Both the position numbers and the translations under genes were made by a program. Shown in pieces: positions 7,474 through 15,326 of a stretch of DNA of 64,000 nucleotides. This DNA is from Escherichia phage vB_EcoM_EC001. The notes beneath the pieces are model-generated. The model made no database searches. It saw only the letters and a list, made by a program, of their open reading frames with translations, and was not told where the DNA came from. Every line of letters starts with the position of its first letter. Positions within the stretch are counted from its first letter, which is position 1. The DNA lies in sequence record MN445185.1. One strand, given 5' to 3'.

Positions 7474-9984
7474 ATGCTCAAGGTCGAACGTATCATTTTG
7501 AAAGGATTTACCGGCATGGGGTTACATGAAATCGAAACGTTTGATTTCACCCTCAAGTCCACCGTTACCATCATCCTCGGCGGTAACGGCTGCGGTAAAA
7601 CAAGCCTCCTATCTGTTTTTCTCCCCATAGCTCCAGCAAAATCTGAATTCCGTGAAGGTGGTTCTTACACTAACTACGCGTTAGTCGGGGACGACCGTCT
7701 TAAGTTTGAAGTCCTGCGTCGTGGGTCTTCTCTGTCTTGTAGTATCTTCAACATCACTAAAGGTGTTTCCGTCGTAGACTCGGTAAACGCCAAAGTTTAC
7801 AACTCCATGGTGGAGCAATTAACCGGAATCACCAAAGAAATCAAAGAGTTAATTAATGGTGAGACCTTATTAACTGACGCCACTACCGAAGTTCGTCGTA
7901 AATGGTTTACGTTAATGTCAGAATCTGATCTGACGTACGTTGTTGGTTGTTATCGTCGTCTGCGTAAACTCGCTTCCAGTTTAAGTGGGGCCATTGAGCA
8001 CACCGGCCGTAAAATCGGTGAGGCAAAAATGCGCGTGGTGGACGATGAAGAAGATCGTGCACGTTTGGAAGTTCGTTTGAAAGAACTGGACGTTGAGCTT
8101 CAGGAACTAAACCGCACCATTGAAGCGAGACCCGGTTTAGATAACGCCGTTTCGGTTGATAGTATCCGGAAACGCATTGCTTCGTTGCAACCGGCTGTAA
8201 AACTCATTATGGAGCGTTATGGTGTTCTGCCTTCTGACGAACTGATTAACGAGTTTCAAAGTCGTGTAGTTGCCTGGCGTGAGCAAGCTGCCTCTGCTGA
8301 AACTGAATGCAACATGTACAATAAAGAGTTGTCACAGCTACTGGATGAGGAGTCGCGTCAAGCGTATCTGATGCGCAACCATACCGGTCTAAAACAAACA
8401 ATCGACAGCTTAAAACAGGAACTGGCAACGTTCCAACAGAACTGGATGTTCCCGGCTCTGTTTGAAGGTACCCGCATCGATGTGGATAGCATTCAGAACG
8501 CGTTAAACGATGCCTGTAACTGGAATTTACCGTTGTCCATGCATCTGGACCAGTTAAAGACAACAGAGCGCCTGGGAGCGTTAGAGAAGCGTTTACAGGG
8601 TATGGATTTAACCTCTGCGGGTCTATCTGAAAAGCTGCAACGTTGTGAGAATGTGCTACACGGTTTATACCACGACCGTCAACACTTCTTAGAAACTGCA
8701 GAAGTTGATTGTCCACAGTGTAACCACCGTTTCCGTCCTGGGATTCGTAAGTCGTTACCTGAAATTGAAAAGGCCATCAACGATAATGAAGGTTGGAAGA
8801 AGCAGCTGAAAGACGAAATGGATAGTCTTTTGCGTGACCGCAAAGAGATTGAAGAGGACGTCCGTAGCTTACGTACGATTCGCGAAATCGTCATGTCGTA
8901 TTCCAATCATCCCGTTGTCGGTTTGTTTTTCCGTAAACTGCAGGAGCTGGATATCTTCACCACGGCGCGGGATCGTTACGGTGCCATTGCACGTGCCTTT
9001 ACTGAAGAGTTAGATTCGGCCATGATGTATCTGCGTCAATCGGCGAAGCTTGCAACAGCGGAACGGGAATGGCAAGAGGCTGTTGCCGCAGTAGGTAACG
9101 TTGATGGTGCGCTGAGCCAGAAAATTGAACATATCCGTTCACAACTGGATGGGGCTAACCGTCGACTGATAGAATACCGCAGACAAGCCAATGAGCTGGA
9201 ACGCGAAACCACCCAACTGCAACAAACCAAAGAAGCAATCGAACGTTTCCAAAAGGGCTACGAACATCTGGTATCGGAAATGAACATCTCCGTTAACAAC
9301 GTCGTGGTTCGCGAGTTGTTAAACCGACGCGAAGCGAAGCTCGATGCGTATACTTCCGCTCGTGAACGGTTTCGTCAAATGGAAGGGGCTATTGCACGTT
9401 TAGCGGAACTGGAAAAAGAGCAAGCTGAATTGCTTAAAGAGCATCACCATGCCAGATTGATTATCAATGCCGTCTCACCCGAAAAAGGATTATTGCGTCG
9501 TTACTTTTATGCTGCGATTACCCGCATCATGGATTTAATGAATCGGTATATCGAAATGGTGTGGGCATATCCGATGCAGGTTATTCCATGCGATCTAACC
9601 GACGGGGATTTGGATTATACTTTCCCGGTACGATTAAAAGACCATGAAGAACTGGTGCCGGATGTGAAGAAAGGTTCGAAGGCACAGCGTATTATCTTTA
9701 ACATGATGTTTCGTTTAACGGCGTATAAAGCGCTTGGTTTACAAAACTATCCTTTGTTATTGGATGAACCCTCTGAAGGCATGGATGAGGAACACAAAAA
9801 TCGACTGGTCAACTTCATTAAATCGTTGGCGTTGTCGGGAGAGTTTTCTCAATTGCTGGTCGTTTCGCATGAAGCGGAAGTTCATTCTAAACTTAACGAA
9901 GCCACCTACTGTGTCGTGGAGCCAGAAGGTGTAACGCTTCCACCGGTTTATAACGAAGGGGTAATAATCAAATATGCATCATAA
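7474..9984 (+). CDS. Rad50/SbcC-like SMC-family ATPase (836 aa)
   Basis: N-terminal Walker A GGNGCGKTS; long predicted coiled-coil; central CPQC (zinc-hook-like); C-terminal Walker B/D-loop LLLDEPSEGMD and VVSHE. Assigned by motif architecture only. Confidence 0.75.
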   Translation: MLKVERIILKGFTGMGLHEIETFDFTLKSTVTIILGGNGCGKTSLLSVFLPIAPAKSEFREGGSYTNYALVGDDRLKFEVLRRGSSLSCSIFNITKGVSVVDSVNAKVYNSMVEQLTGITKEIKELINGETLLTDATTEVRRKWFTLMSESDLTYVVGCYRRLRKLASSLSGAIEHTGRKIGEAKMRVVDDEEDRARLEVRLKELDVELQELNRTIEARPGLDNAVSVDSIRKRIASLQPAVKLIMERYGVLPSDELINEFQSRVVAWREQAASAETECNMYNKELSQLLDEESRQAYLMRNHTGLKQTIDSLKQELATFQQNWMFPALFEGTRIDVDSIQNALNDACNWNLPLSMHLDQLKTTERLGALEKRLQGMDLTSAGLSEKLQRCENVLHGLYHDRQHFLETAEVDCPQCNHRFRPGIRKSLPEIEKAINDNEGWKKQLKDEMDSLLRDRKEIEEDVRSLRTIREIVMSYSNHPVVGLFFRKLQELDIFTTARDRYGAIARAFTEELDSAMMYLRQSAKLATAEREWQEAVAAVGNVDGALSQKIEHIRSQLDGANRRLIEYRRQANELERETTQLQQTKEAIERFQKGYEHLVSEMNISVNNVVVRELLNRREAKLDAYTSARERFRQMEGAIARLAELEKEQAELLKEHHHARLIINAVSPEKGLLRRYFYAAITRIMDLMNRYIEMVWAYPMQVIPCDLTDGDLDYTFPVRLKDHEELVPDVKKGSKAQRIIFNMMFRLTAYKALGLQNYPLLLDEPSEGMDEEHKNRLVNFIKSLALSGEFSQLLVVSHEAEVHSKLNEATYCVVEPEGVTLPPVYNEGVIIKYAS

Positions 9985-10165
9985 AGGTTGGCGCTTATGG
10001 GCTTGGTGGGGTTTTCAGTTCCTTCAGTTTGTTGTGATGGTACTGTACCTCTCCTTTTGTGCAACCGTAGTGGTTATCGCTGCGGTCGTTTATTTAGCTG
10101 CTGCTCTTAAAGAACGTCTGTTCGACACGCGTTGTGAGTGGCGAGATATAGGAGAACGGACATGA
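9974..10165 (+). CDS. small membrane protein (63 aa)
   Basis: Overlaps end of upstream gene; strongly hydrophobic core with charged C-terminus; weak SD. Confidence 0.4.
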   Translation: MHHKGWRLWAWWGFQFLQFVVMVLYLSFCATVVVIAAVVYLAAALKERLFDTRCEWRDIGERT

Positions 10166-10266
10166 TTGAAGGTATCGTATTAACCGGTATTGCACTGTGG
10201 TTGATTCGTGGTGCCTGGGGTTGGATTATCCGCACGAAAGGATGGGCATTCCATGGCAAGACGTAA
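10162..10266 (+). CDS. small membrane peptide (34 aa)
   Basis: ATGA overlap with upstream ORF; AGGAG 7 nt upstream; hydrophobic MIEGIVLTGIALWLIRGAWGWII…; below ORF-track size cutoff. Confidence 0.4.
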   Translation: MIEGIVLTGIALWLIRGAWGWIIRTKGWAFHGKT

Positions 10267-10444
10267 ACCTGGTCGTTTAAAGTTTTGGGCAGTTGTGGTA
10301 ATGCACACTGTGGTGCTACTCGGTATTTTCATGTCTCGCGCTACGCCTGCCTTTTGGGGCTTAGTTGTTTTGGTGTTCTTAGAAGGGGTTTACTTCGGTA
10401 ATCTGTGGAGCAAGCCCCCCGCGTTTAAGGGACCCGGCTTATGA
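10253..10444 (+). CDS. small membrane protein (63 aa)
   Basis: ATG inside track ORF 10208..10444; basic N-terminus then two hydrophobic stretches; overlaps previous peptide by 14 nt. Confidence 0.4.
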   Translation: MARRKPGRLKFWAVVVMHTVVLLGIFMSRATPAFWGLVVLVFLEGVYFGNLWSKPPAFKGPGL

Positions 10445-10572
10445 CAGTCGTGAATAGTGTCAACGCAGCCATGATTGCAACAGGTGCGTATGATGGTGCC
10501 ACCTGGACAGACCTTGGCATTACGATTATCATCTGTGCAATCGGAGCATTTCTGGCATCATGGTTATTTTAG
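10441..10572 (+). CDS. small membrane peptide (43 aa)
   Basis: ATGA overlap with upstream ORF; hydrophobic C-terminal half. Confidence 0.4.
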   Translation: MTVVNSVNAAMIATGAYDGATWTDLGITIIICAIGAFLASWLF

Positions 10573-10667
10573 TGAAGTGGGTTGGGTGTATCATCTGTAG
10601 CCTGGTACTAGGAGCAGGCGCATACGCCCTAGGCGCAATCCTTGCATTGACGCAAGGTTGGTTTTAA
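10572..10667 (+). CDS. possible small membrane peptide (31 aa, GTG start)
   Basis: GTG overlapping upstream stop (TAGTG); hydrophobic throughout; no SD, so weak. Confidence 0.25.
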   Translation: MKWVGCIICSLVLGAGAYALGAILALTQGWF

Positions 10668-11004
10668 CAGGAGGGTAATTACGAAGTGGGAGAAGTATCA
10701 TGTAACAGTGAAACAGTCTCTGATCCCGTGGTCGTGGGTTCAGGGGCGGCCGTGCCAACCCGGCGTATCGTTCTTTCGAGCGCGGGGATGGCTATAGGGT
10801 CTTCAAAGAACCTTCTAGCAGACATCGCGGAAGTCTGCGGGCCGGATGATTTTGCAGTTTCACGTACAGTCGGGGAAGACTGGCGTGGTAATCAGAAGCG
10901 CCATGAGCGAATGTGGCGACGGAAGGTTACCTCAGCATCGCAGCGTTTTCAACGACGTTGTTGATCAAAGACACGGTTCCGATAGAGAACTGGTCTTTAC
11001 CTGC

Positions 11005-11042
11005 AGCGGTATACACCGCTTAAGTTTACCGGTAAACTTAAG
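11005..11042. repeat. 16-bp inverted repeat abutting a perfect 24-bp palindrome
   Basis: AGCGGT-atac-ACCGCT (11005-11020) overlapping by 2 nt CTTAAGTTTACC|GGTAAACTTAAG (11019-11042); no T/A-run on either side; ~70 nt upstream of ATG 11111. Confidence 0.6.
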
Positions 11043-11110
11043 AAAACACAAACGCAATTCTTCGTTACTCGCTTTCATCGCAGGTGAAAGCTCACTTAGG
11101 AATTCAGCTC

Positions 11111-11599
11111 ATGGCCGAAATTGTCATTCTTTCCTCATCCTCAGATTTAACGGAAGCACAAAATAAACAGCTGTTGGGGCTGCATTATAAATTTCTGAAC
11201 CACCAACGTACCATACTCCATATCGAAAAAGGTGAGATTCCGAACCTCACTCTGGAGAAACTGTTGGCGGGGAACCGTGCTTGTGTTGCTCTGGAAGGGG
11301 GTACCCCTGTTGGTTACTGTTTGTATCGCGTAATCGCTGGGGTTCTGAAGATTCGTACGATGTTCGTGTCTGAAATGGCACGCCGTCGTAAAACGATGAC
11401 GCAGATTTTTGATGCGCTTGATGTGAATGAACGGTTCACCAGTGCGCATGGGGGAATATACGCTTGCCAGGAAGCTGGTATTGCGTTCTTTACCGCTCGC
11501 GGTTTTGACAAGACCGTCTCTACAGACGGACAATGGCTTGAATTTAAGAAGCAGGTTCCTGCGGAAGCAGATGAACCTTTAAGGACTGCGGTAGCGTAG
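11111..11599 (+). CDS. hypothetical protein, possibly GNAT-like acetyltransferase (162 aa)
   Basis: Start moved from track ORF 11084 (GTG) to ATG 11111; C-terminal ...AGIAFFTARGFDK resembles GNAT motif B; assignment weak. Confidence 0.5.
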   Translation: MAEIVILSSSSDLTEAQNKQLLGLHYKFLNHQRTILHIEKGEIPNLTLEKLLAGNRACVALEGGTPVGYCLYRVIAGVLKIRTMFVSEMARRRKTMTQIFDALDVNERFTSAHGGIYACQEAGIAFFTARGFDKTVSTDGQWLEFKKQVPAEADEPLRTAVA

Positions 11600-11627
11600 T
11601 CCTGTTTTAGCACTCCTTACGATTATG

Positions 11628-11653
11628 CCTCACTATGAGTGGGGTATTTTTTA
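11628..11653 (+). terminator. probable intrinsic terminator
   Basis: CCTCACT-atg-AGTGGGG (one G-U) then TATTTTTTA; a second weaker hairpin spans the upstream stop codon. Confidence 0.45.
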
Positions 11654-11670
11654 CGCGAGGAGTGCTATTT

Positions 11671-11880
11671 ATGTTTCACCGTCCTGGGTTTTCAGCTTTA
11701 AACACCGATGTCTGTTGGGCTGAGTACGAACGGGCGAAGGAGTTCTTACCCGTAAATCCAAAACACATCAACGTGGGTACTATCGGGCGTGTTGCGTTTG
11801 ATGATACTCCGCTGAGTACGTGTATTAAAGCAGCGCTTGGTACGCTGCCGGCGTCTATAGTTATTGAGGAATTAAAATGA
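11671..11880 (+). CDS. hypothetical protein (69 aa)
   Basis: Start moved to ATG 11671 with GAGGAG SD 10 nt upstream. Confidence 0.5.
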   Translation: MFHRPGFSALNTDVCWAEYERAKEFLPVNPKHINVGTIGRVAFDDTPLSTCIKAALGTLPASIVIEELK

Positions 11881-12395
11881 CGGACATTCGTGTTGACATA
11901 TATGGGGAAATTCATACCACGGCCGATCGTAATCGTGTTGAATGGGCGATCATCGATAACCATCGGAAAAAACCATACGATTTTTTACTGTGTGAAGAAC
12001 TGGGGCCGTATGAATATCACACTGCAAAAGCGCAAGATAAGGCATTAAAGGAGAAGATGTACTCTATTGGGCCCATGGGGCTGGAGTTGGCTAAGAAACT
12101 CGGCATCCCTGCTATTGGGATCGATGACTGGAGCGATGCAACCTACGCTAAAGATATCAAGGATAAAAAGGGAAGGGCTGTAAACTTTAGCCGTTCTTTT
12201 TATATTCGTGAAGCTAAAATGGTTGAAAAAATTAAAAAGTATATGGCAAAAGGACGTTGTGCTGTTATGCTCGGCGACTCACACTTGCGCACCACGAAAA
12301 CCAAAGAGCTTGGTGGTGCGTCCCTTATCTGGGAAACATTTAAGGATAATCCTGAAGTGAAGTTTCACAGGAGCCCTAAACGCGAGATTGATTAA
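11877..12395 (+). CDS. hypothetical protein (172 aa)
   Basis: ATGA overlap with upstream gene; GAGGA SD. Confidence 0.6.
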   Translation: MTDIRVDIYGEIHTTADRNRVEWAIIDNHRKKPYDFLLCEELGPYEYHTAKAQDKALKEKMYSIGPMGLELAKKLGIPAIGIDDWSDATYAKDIKDKKGRAVNFSRSFYIREAKMVEKIKKYMAKGRCAVMLGDSHLRTTKTKELGGASLIWETFKDNPEVKFHRSPKREID

Positions 12396-12413
12396 ATCTA
12401 AAGGAGCATTAAA

Positions 12414-12836
12414 ATGGTTACCGCTATTCGCGAAACAAAATCACTATACGATCATTTATCAGAAGAAGAAACAGCCTTATTCTACGACCTGTTACCTGAA
12501 ACCAAAGCAAACGTTCAGTGGTGGTTACGTTTAGCGTTACGTGATAAAGTTGGGGAAACGCCGGTTAGTATTCTCGCGCACACGTTGGACATGACGCCCA
12601 TGATTGAAATCGCGATTACCCGCCCTAAATTCTGGCGGCCTGGTATGGTGCGTGAGGCGTATCTACTCCAACGCTTAGGTGTTGACCCGGAGAAGTGTTG
12701 GCGTAAGATGGACGACCATCGCTACCGTGAAGAAATTACGAATAGCCTCAACACTATGTTGGCAATGAAACGACTCGGTATCGAACACGAAGGTTTCGAG
12801 TCAGCGGTACAAACCTGGGTGAAAAGGAATAGCTAA
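12414..12836 (+). CDS. hypothetical protein (140 aa)
   Basis: AAAGGAG SD 8 nt upstream. Confidence 0.6.
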   Translation: MVTAIRETKSLYDHLSEEETALFYDLLPETKANVQWWLRLALRDKVGETPVSILAHTLDMTPMIEIAITRPKFWRPGMVREAYLLQRLGVDPEKCWRKMDDHRYREEITNSLNTMLAMKRLGIEHEGFESAVQTWVKRNS

Positions 12837-13085
12837 ATGCAAAAAACAATCATCGGAATAACAGTTAGTTCTTTCTGTGGCTTCCCTACCCCACAAACAG
12901 AACCCCAATATTTAGGCGCAGGTAAACCCGATCCGGAAGTCCGTAAGTTGCGCGAAGAAGCAAAAGCCAGAGTTCTTACTGAGCTGGAATCGTTGCTTCA
13001 GTCTCCGGTTATTTCACAATGGGGTATGGCAATAGATGTCACTAGAACTGATCGACGAGGCCGTTATCTCCCACGACCTGTTTAA
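12837..13085 (+). CDS. hypothetical protein (82 aa)
   Basis: ATG immediately after upstream stop; AAAGGA SD; 3' end overlaps the macro-domain gene by 50 nt in another frame. Confidence 0.45.
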   Translation: MQKTIIGITVSSFCGFPTPQTEPQYLGAGKPDPEVRKLREEAKARVLTELESLLQSPVISQWGMAIDVTRTDRRGRYLPRPV

Positions 13086-13536
13086 CGCGCCTGAGCGCTT
13101 CAAGGTCGTTACAGTTAACTGTGTTGGTGCAATGGGAAGGGGCATTGCTTTGGCGTGCCGAGAACGCTTCCCATCGCTTTATAATGACTATCGCCAGAAA
13201 TGTCGTAAAGAGCAAATCGTTATCGGTGAGGTCTATTGTTATCCTGAGGAAGGGGTAATACTCCTTCCTACTAAAACCCATTTTCGCTATAAATCGCAGA
13301 TTTACTATGTCACGTCCGGCATTGATGCGCTGGCGCGACTAGGGGAAGACTTAGAAGGAGGGATTGCGATACCGCCCCTAGGGATGGCTAACGGTTGGTT
13401 ACGTTACCATGAGCGATTGGAAATCTTTATACACTTACAGAAACGACTACAGCACACGGAGCAGACTTATCGATTCTATTTACCGGACACATTGCTAAGG
13501 GAAGCAGAGAAAATCATCCCAAAAAGTTTCAAATAG
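13036..13536 (+). CDS. macro-domain protein, TARG1/DarG-like (166 aa)
   Basis: Motifs in order: HDLF…VNCVGAMGRGIALACRERFP, QIYYVTSG, GIAIPPLGMANGW, resembling the TARG1/OARD1/DarG macro subfamily as I recall it. Confidence 0.6.
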   Translation: MSLELIDEAVISHDLFNAPERFKVVTVNCVGAMGRGIALACRERFPSLYNDYRQKCRKEQIVIGEVYCYPEEGVILLPTKTHFRYKSQIYYVTSGIDALARLGEDLEGGIAIPPLGMANGWLRYHERLEIFIHLQKRLQHTEQTYRFYLPDTLLREAEKIIPKSFK

Positions 13537-13551
13537 ATATTATCATCAGGG
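13520..13551 (+). promoter_or_regulatory. conserved promoter-like element (ATATTATC variant)
   Basis: CAAAAAGTTTCAAATAGATATTATCATCAGGG; shares A-tract + AGATAgATATTAyC pattern. Confidence 0.4.
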
Positions 13552-13635
13552 CACATTACAAAGGAGCACAATGCCGTCCGCGCCGTCTTCCCGGATTGGG
13601 AACGGAAAAGTATAAATCCGTTTGGAGATACATCC

Positions 13636-14358
13636 ATGTTTCGCACCATTTTATTTCTTCTGGTAGCAGTGACCACATTCAACAGCAACGCTTCTTACCA
13701 GTCCACCAGTAACAAACATCAAAAAGAATTTGTCCTTATCCAGGACCAGTTCAATGAGATTAAACCTCTCATCGTCTCTGCATCTCGAAAACAAGGCGTA
13801 CATGCCGGGATGCTTGCGACCACCATTTACCGCGAATCCCGTTTTAATAAAAACGTGGGTAAGAATAAATCGAGCAGTGCTAGTAGTGTTGTCCAAATGA
13901 CGACAGGTACTAAACGCTCCATGATACGTCTGTATGGGAAACAACTTAACATCCCAAAGAACGCAGACCTTAATAAACCGAAATATGCTGTACAGCTTGC
14001 TGCTGTTTACATGAAACACATCGAGGATCATCTGACAAAACAACTCAAACGCAAGCCGAGCACAGCCGAAATTGCATTAGGCTACCGCTTCGGTGAGAGC
14101 GCTGCTGTTGCGATGATTAAAAAGAAATCATCGGTCGGGAAACGCTGGATGGACAGCTACCGAAAAGACGCAGCATTCTACGGTGCGAAAATGACGCCAC
14201 CGAAAGCTGAAACACGTCAGCTTGCTTTTGCGAAGGAAGACCGCGACCAACGCGTCGCTGAGCTTCAGAAAATCTGGGATACGCTGTACACCAAAATATC
14301 ACCTGCGGCCGGTACACTACTGGCAAATAACACTATCATGAAAGGAGCATTGCTTTGA
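13636..14358 (+). CDS. secreted protein, possible lysozyme-like/lytic transglycosylase (240 aa)
   Basis: Signal peptide; loose SLT-like segment YRESRFNKNVG…SVVQMTTGT; preceded by a 14-codon upstream ORF. Confidence 0.55.
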   Translation: MFRTILFLLVAVTTFNSNASYQSTSNKHQKEFVLIQDQFNEIKPLIVSASRKQGVHAGMLATTIYRESRFNKNVGKNKSSSASSVVQMTTGTKRSMIRLYGKQLNIPKNADLNKPKYAVQLAAVYMKHIEDHLTKQLKRKPSTAEIALGYRFGESAAVAMIKKKSSVGKRWMDSYRKDAAFYGAKMTPPKAETRQLAFAKEDRDQRVAELQKIWDTLYTKISPAAGTLLANNTIMKGALL

Positions 14359-14948
14359 CACTCGTAACACGCCCCTGGTATCCAGGTCTTAAAACAGCCG
14401 CACAAATCACCGCCAAAGATGTCTACGAATTAATTCGCGCGGGTGCGGAACACGTTCAAACCAACCCGAACTATGTAGAGCGTCCTATCGGTGAAGTCGA
14501 TGGGGAAGCTGTCGAAGCACCGGTCTACGTTGAGTACGGCGAATGGTTCGCAGAGAACCACGGTTTCTACGACGCGTTAAACGCGGCGTTTGGTGATGAC
14601 GAAGACGAAGGTATCGAATTCGACTGGAACGTTAATCTGGCGCTGATGTGGATTTGTGGTTTACGTCCAGCAATTAACGAAACCGAAGCAGGTTTCGTGC
14701 TGACCTGGCGACAGTCGGCAGGTTACGATAAAGGTCTCGACTTCAAACAGGCGTATATGGATGTGTCGATTGCACTGCAGAAACTGTTCTTCGGCGACCG
14801 TGCTTTCTGCCAGCTCAGCTGGTTGACCATCCTGGAAAAACTGGCAACGTGTCACAAACTGTGGCGAGCAGAAGATGCCCCAGAACATCTGTTCGTGCTC
14901 GAATACGCAGTGGTACCAAACCAGCCGTTCTTTGAGGCCGAAGCGTAA
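14355..14948 (+). CDS. hypothetical protein (197 aa, TTG start)
   Basis: TTG start overlapping upstream stop (TTGA) with AAGGAG 7 nt upstream; no in-frame ATG for ~97 codons; terminator follows. Confidence 0.6.
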   Translation: MTLVTRPWYPGLKTAAQITAKDVYELIRAGAEHVQTNPNYVERPIGEVDGEAVEAPVYVEYGEWFAENHGFYDALNAAFGDDEDEGIEFDWNVNLALMWICGLRPAINETEAGFVLTWRQSAGYDKGLDFKQAYMDVSIALQKLFFGDRAFCQLSWLTILEKLATCHKLWRAEDAPEHLFVLEYAVVPNQPFFEAEA

Positions 14949-14953
14949 TTAAC

Positions 14954-14986
14954 GGTCAGACCTTCGGGTCTGACCACCTTTTATTT
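14954..14986 (+). terminator. intrinsic terminator
   Basis: GGTCAGACC-ttcg-GGTCTGACC then ACCTTTTATTT. Confidence 0.8.
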
Positions 14987-14999
14987 AATTCTTGGATGT

Positions 15000-15266
15000 G
15001 TGTTCGTGAAACGTTTAATAAATTTTCTCTACTGGATGGAGAAACGCTATAGCCACAACATTCCGATGATGTATAGTTTGTTATTCTCCACGGTAATGTT
15101 GGTAATCGGTGCGATAGTCGCGCATTTGATGGAACTCACCACTCCATGGGCGCAGCTTTTTCTCACCATCTGGATGTTGTTCTCAGGCTACCACATACGT
15201 GGTTTCATAACCCGATTCTTTCGCTGGCGTAGTACCTGGCATGTCTTTAATTCCGACCGTAACTAG
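15000..15266 (+). CDS. small membrane protein (88 aa; start uncertain)
   Basis: Hydrophobic ORF with two predicted TM segments; GTG 15000 or ATG 15036. Confidence 0.45.
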   Translation: MFVKRLINFLYWMEKRYSHNIPMMYSLLFSTVMLVIGAIVAHLMELTTPWAQLFLTIWMLFSGYHIRGFITRFFRWRSTWHVFNSDRN

Positions 15267-15326
15267 TTTTTTACAGCAGTAACTAATCATCTGAAAATAC
15301 CATTGACTTTTATAAGGACTATTAAC

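Noticed and set aside
10686-11166. Overlapping ORFs 10686..10964 (GTG start) and 10846..11166
   Set aside because: Mutually overlapping in different frames, Ser/Gly/Arg-rich, and embedded in a hairpin- and palindrome-rich segment; reported as a candidate non-coding/regulatory region rather than CDS, though 10686..10964 does have an AGGAGG 10 nt upstream and cannot be excluded.
11877-12395. Possible Mre11/SbcD-type phosphoesterase partner for the Rad50-like ATPase (strings DIYGEIH and MLGDSHL)
   Set aside because: Motifs are not in canonical order or spacing and no GNH[DE] motif is present; left as hypothetical.
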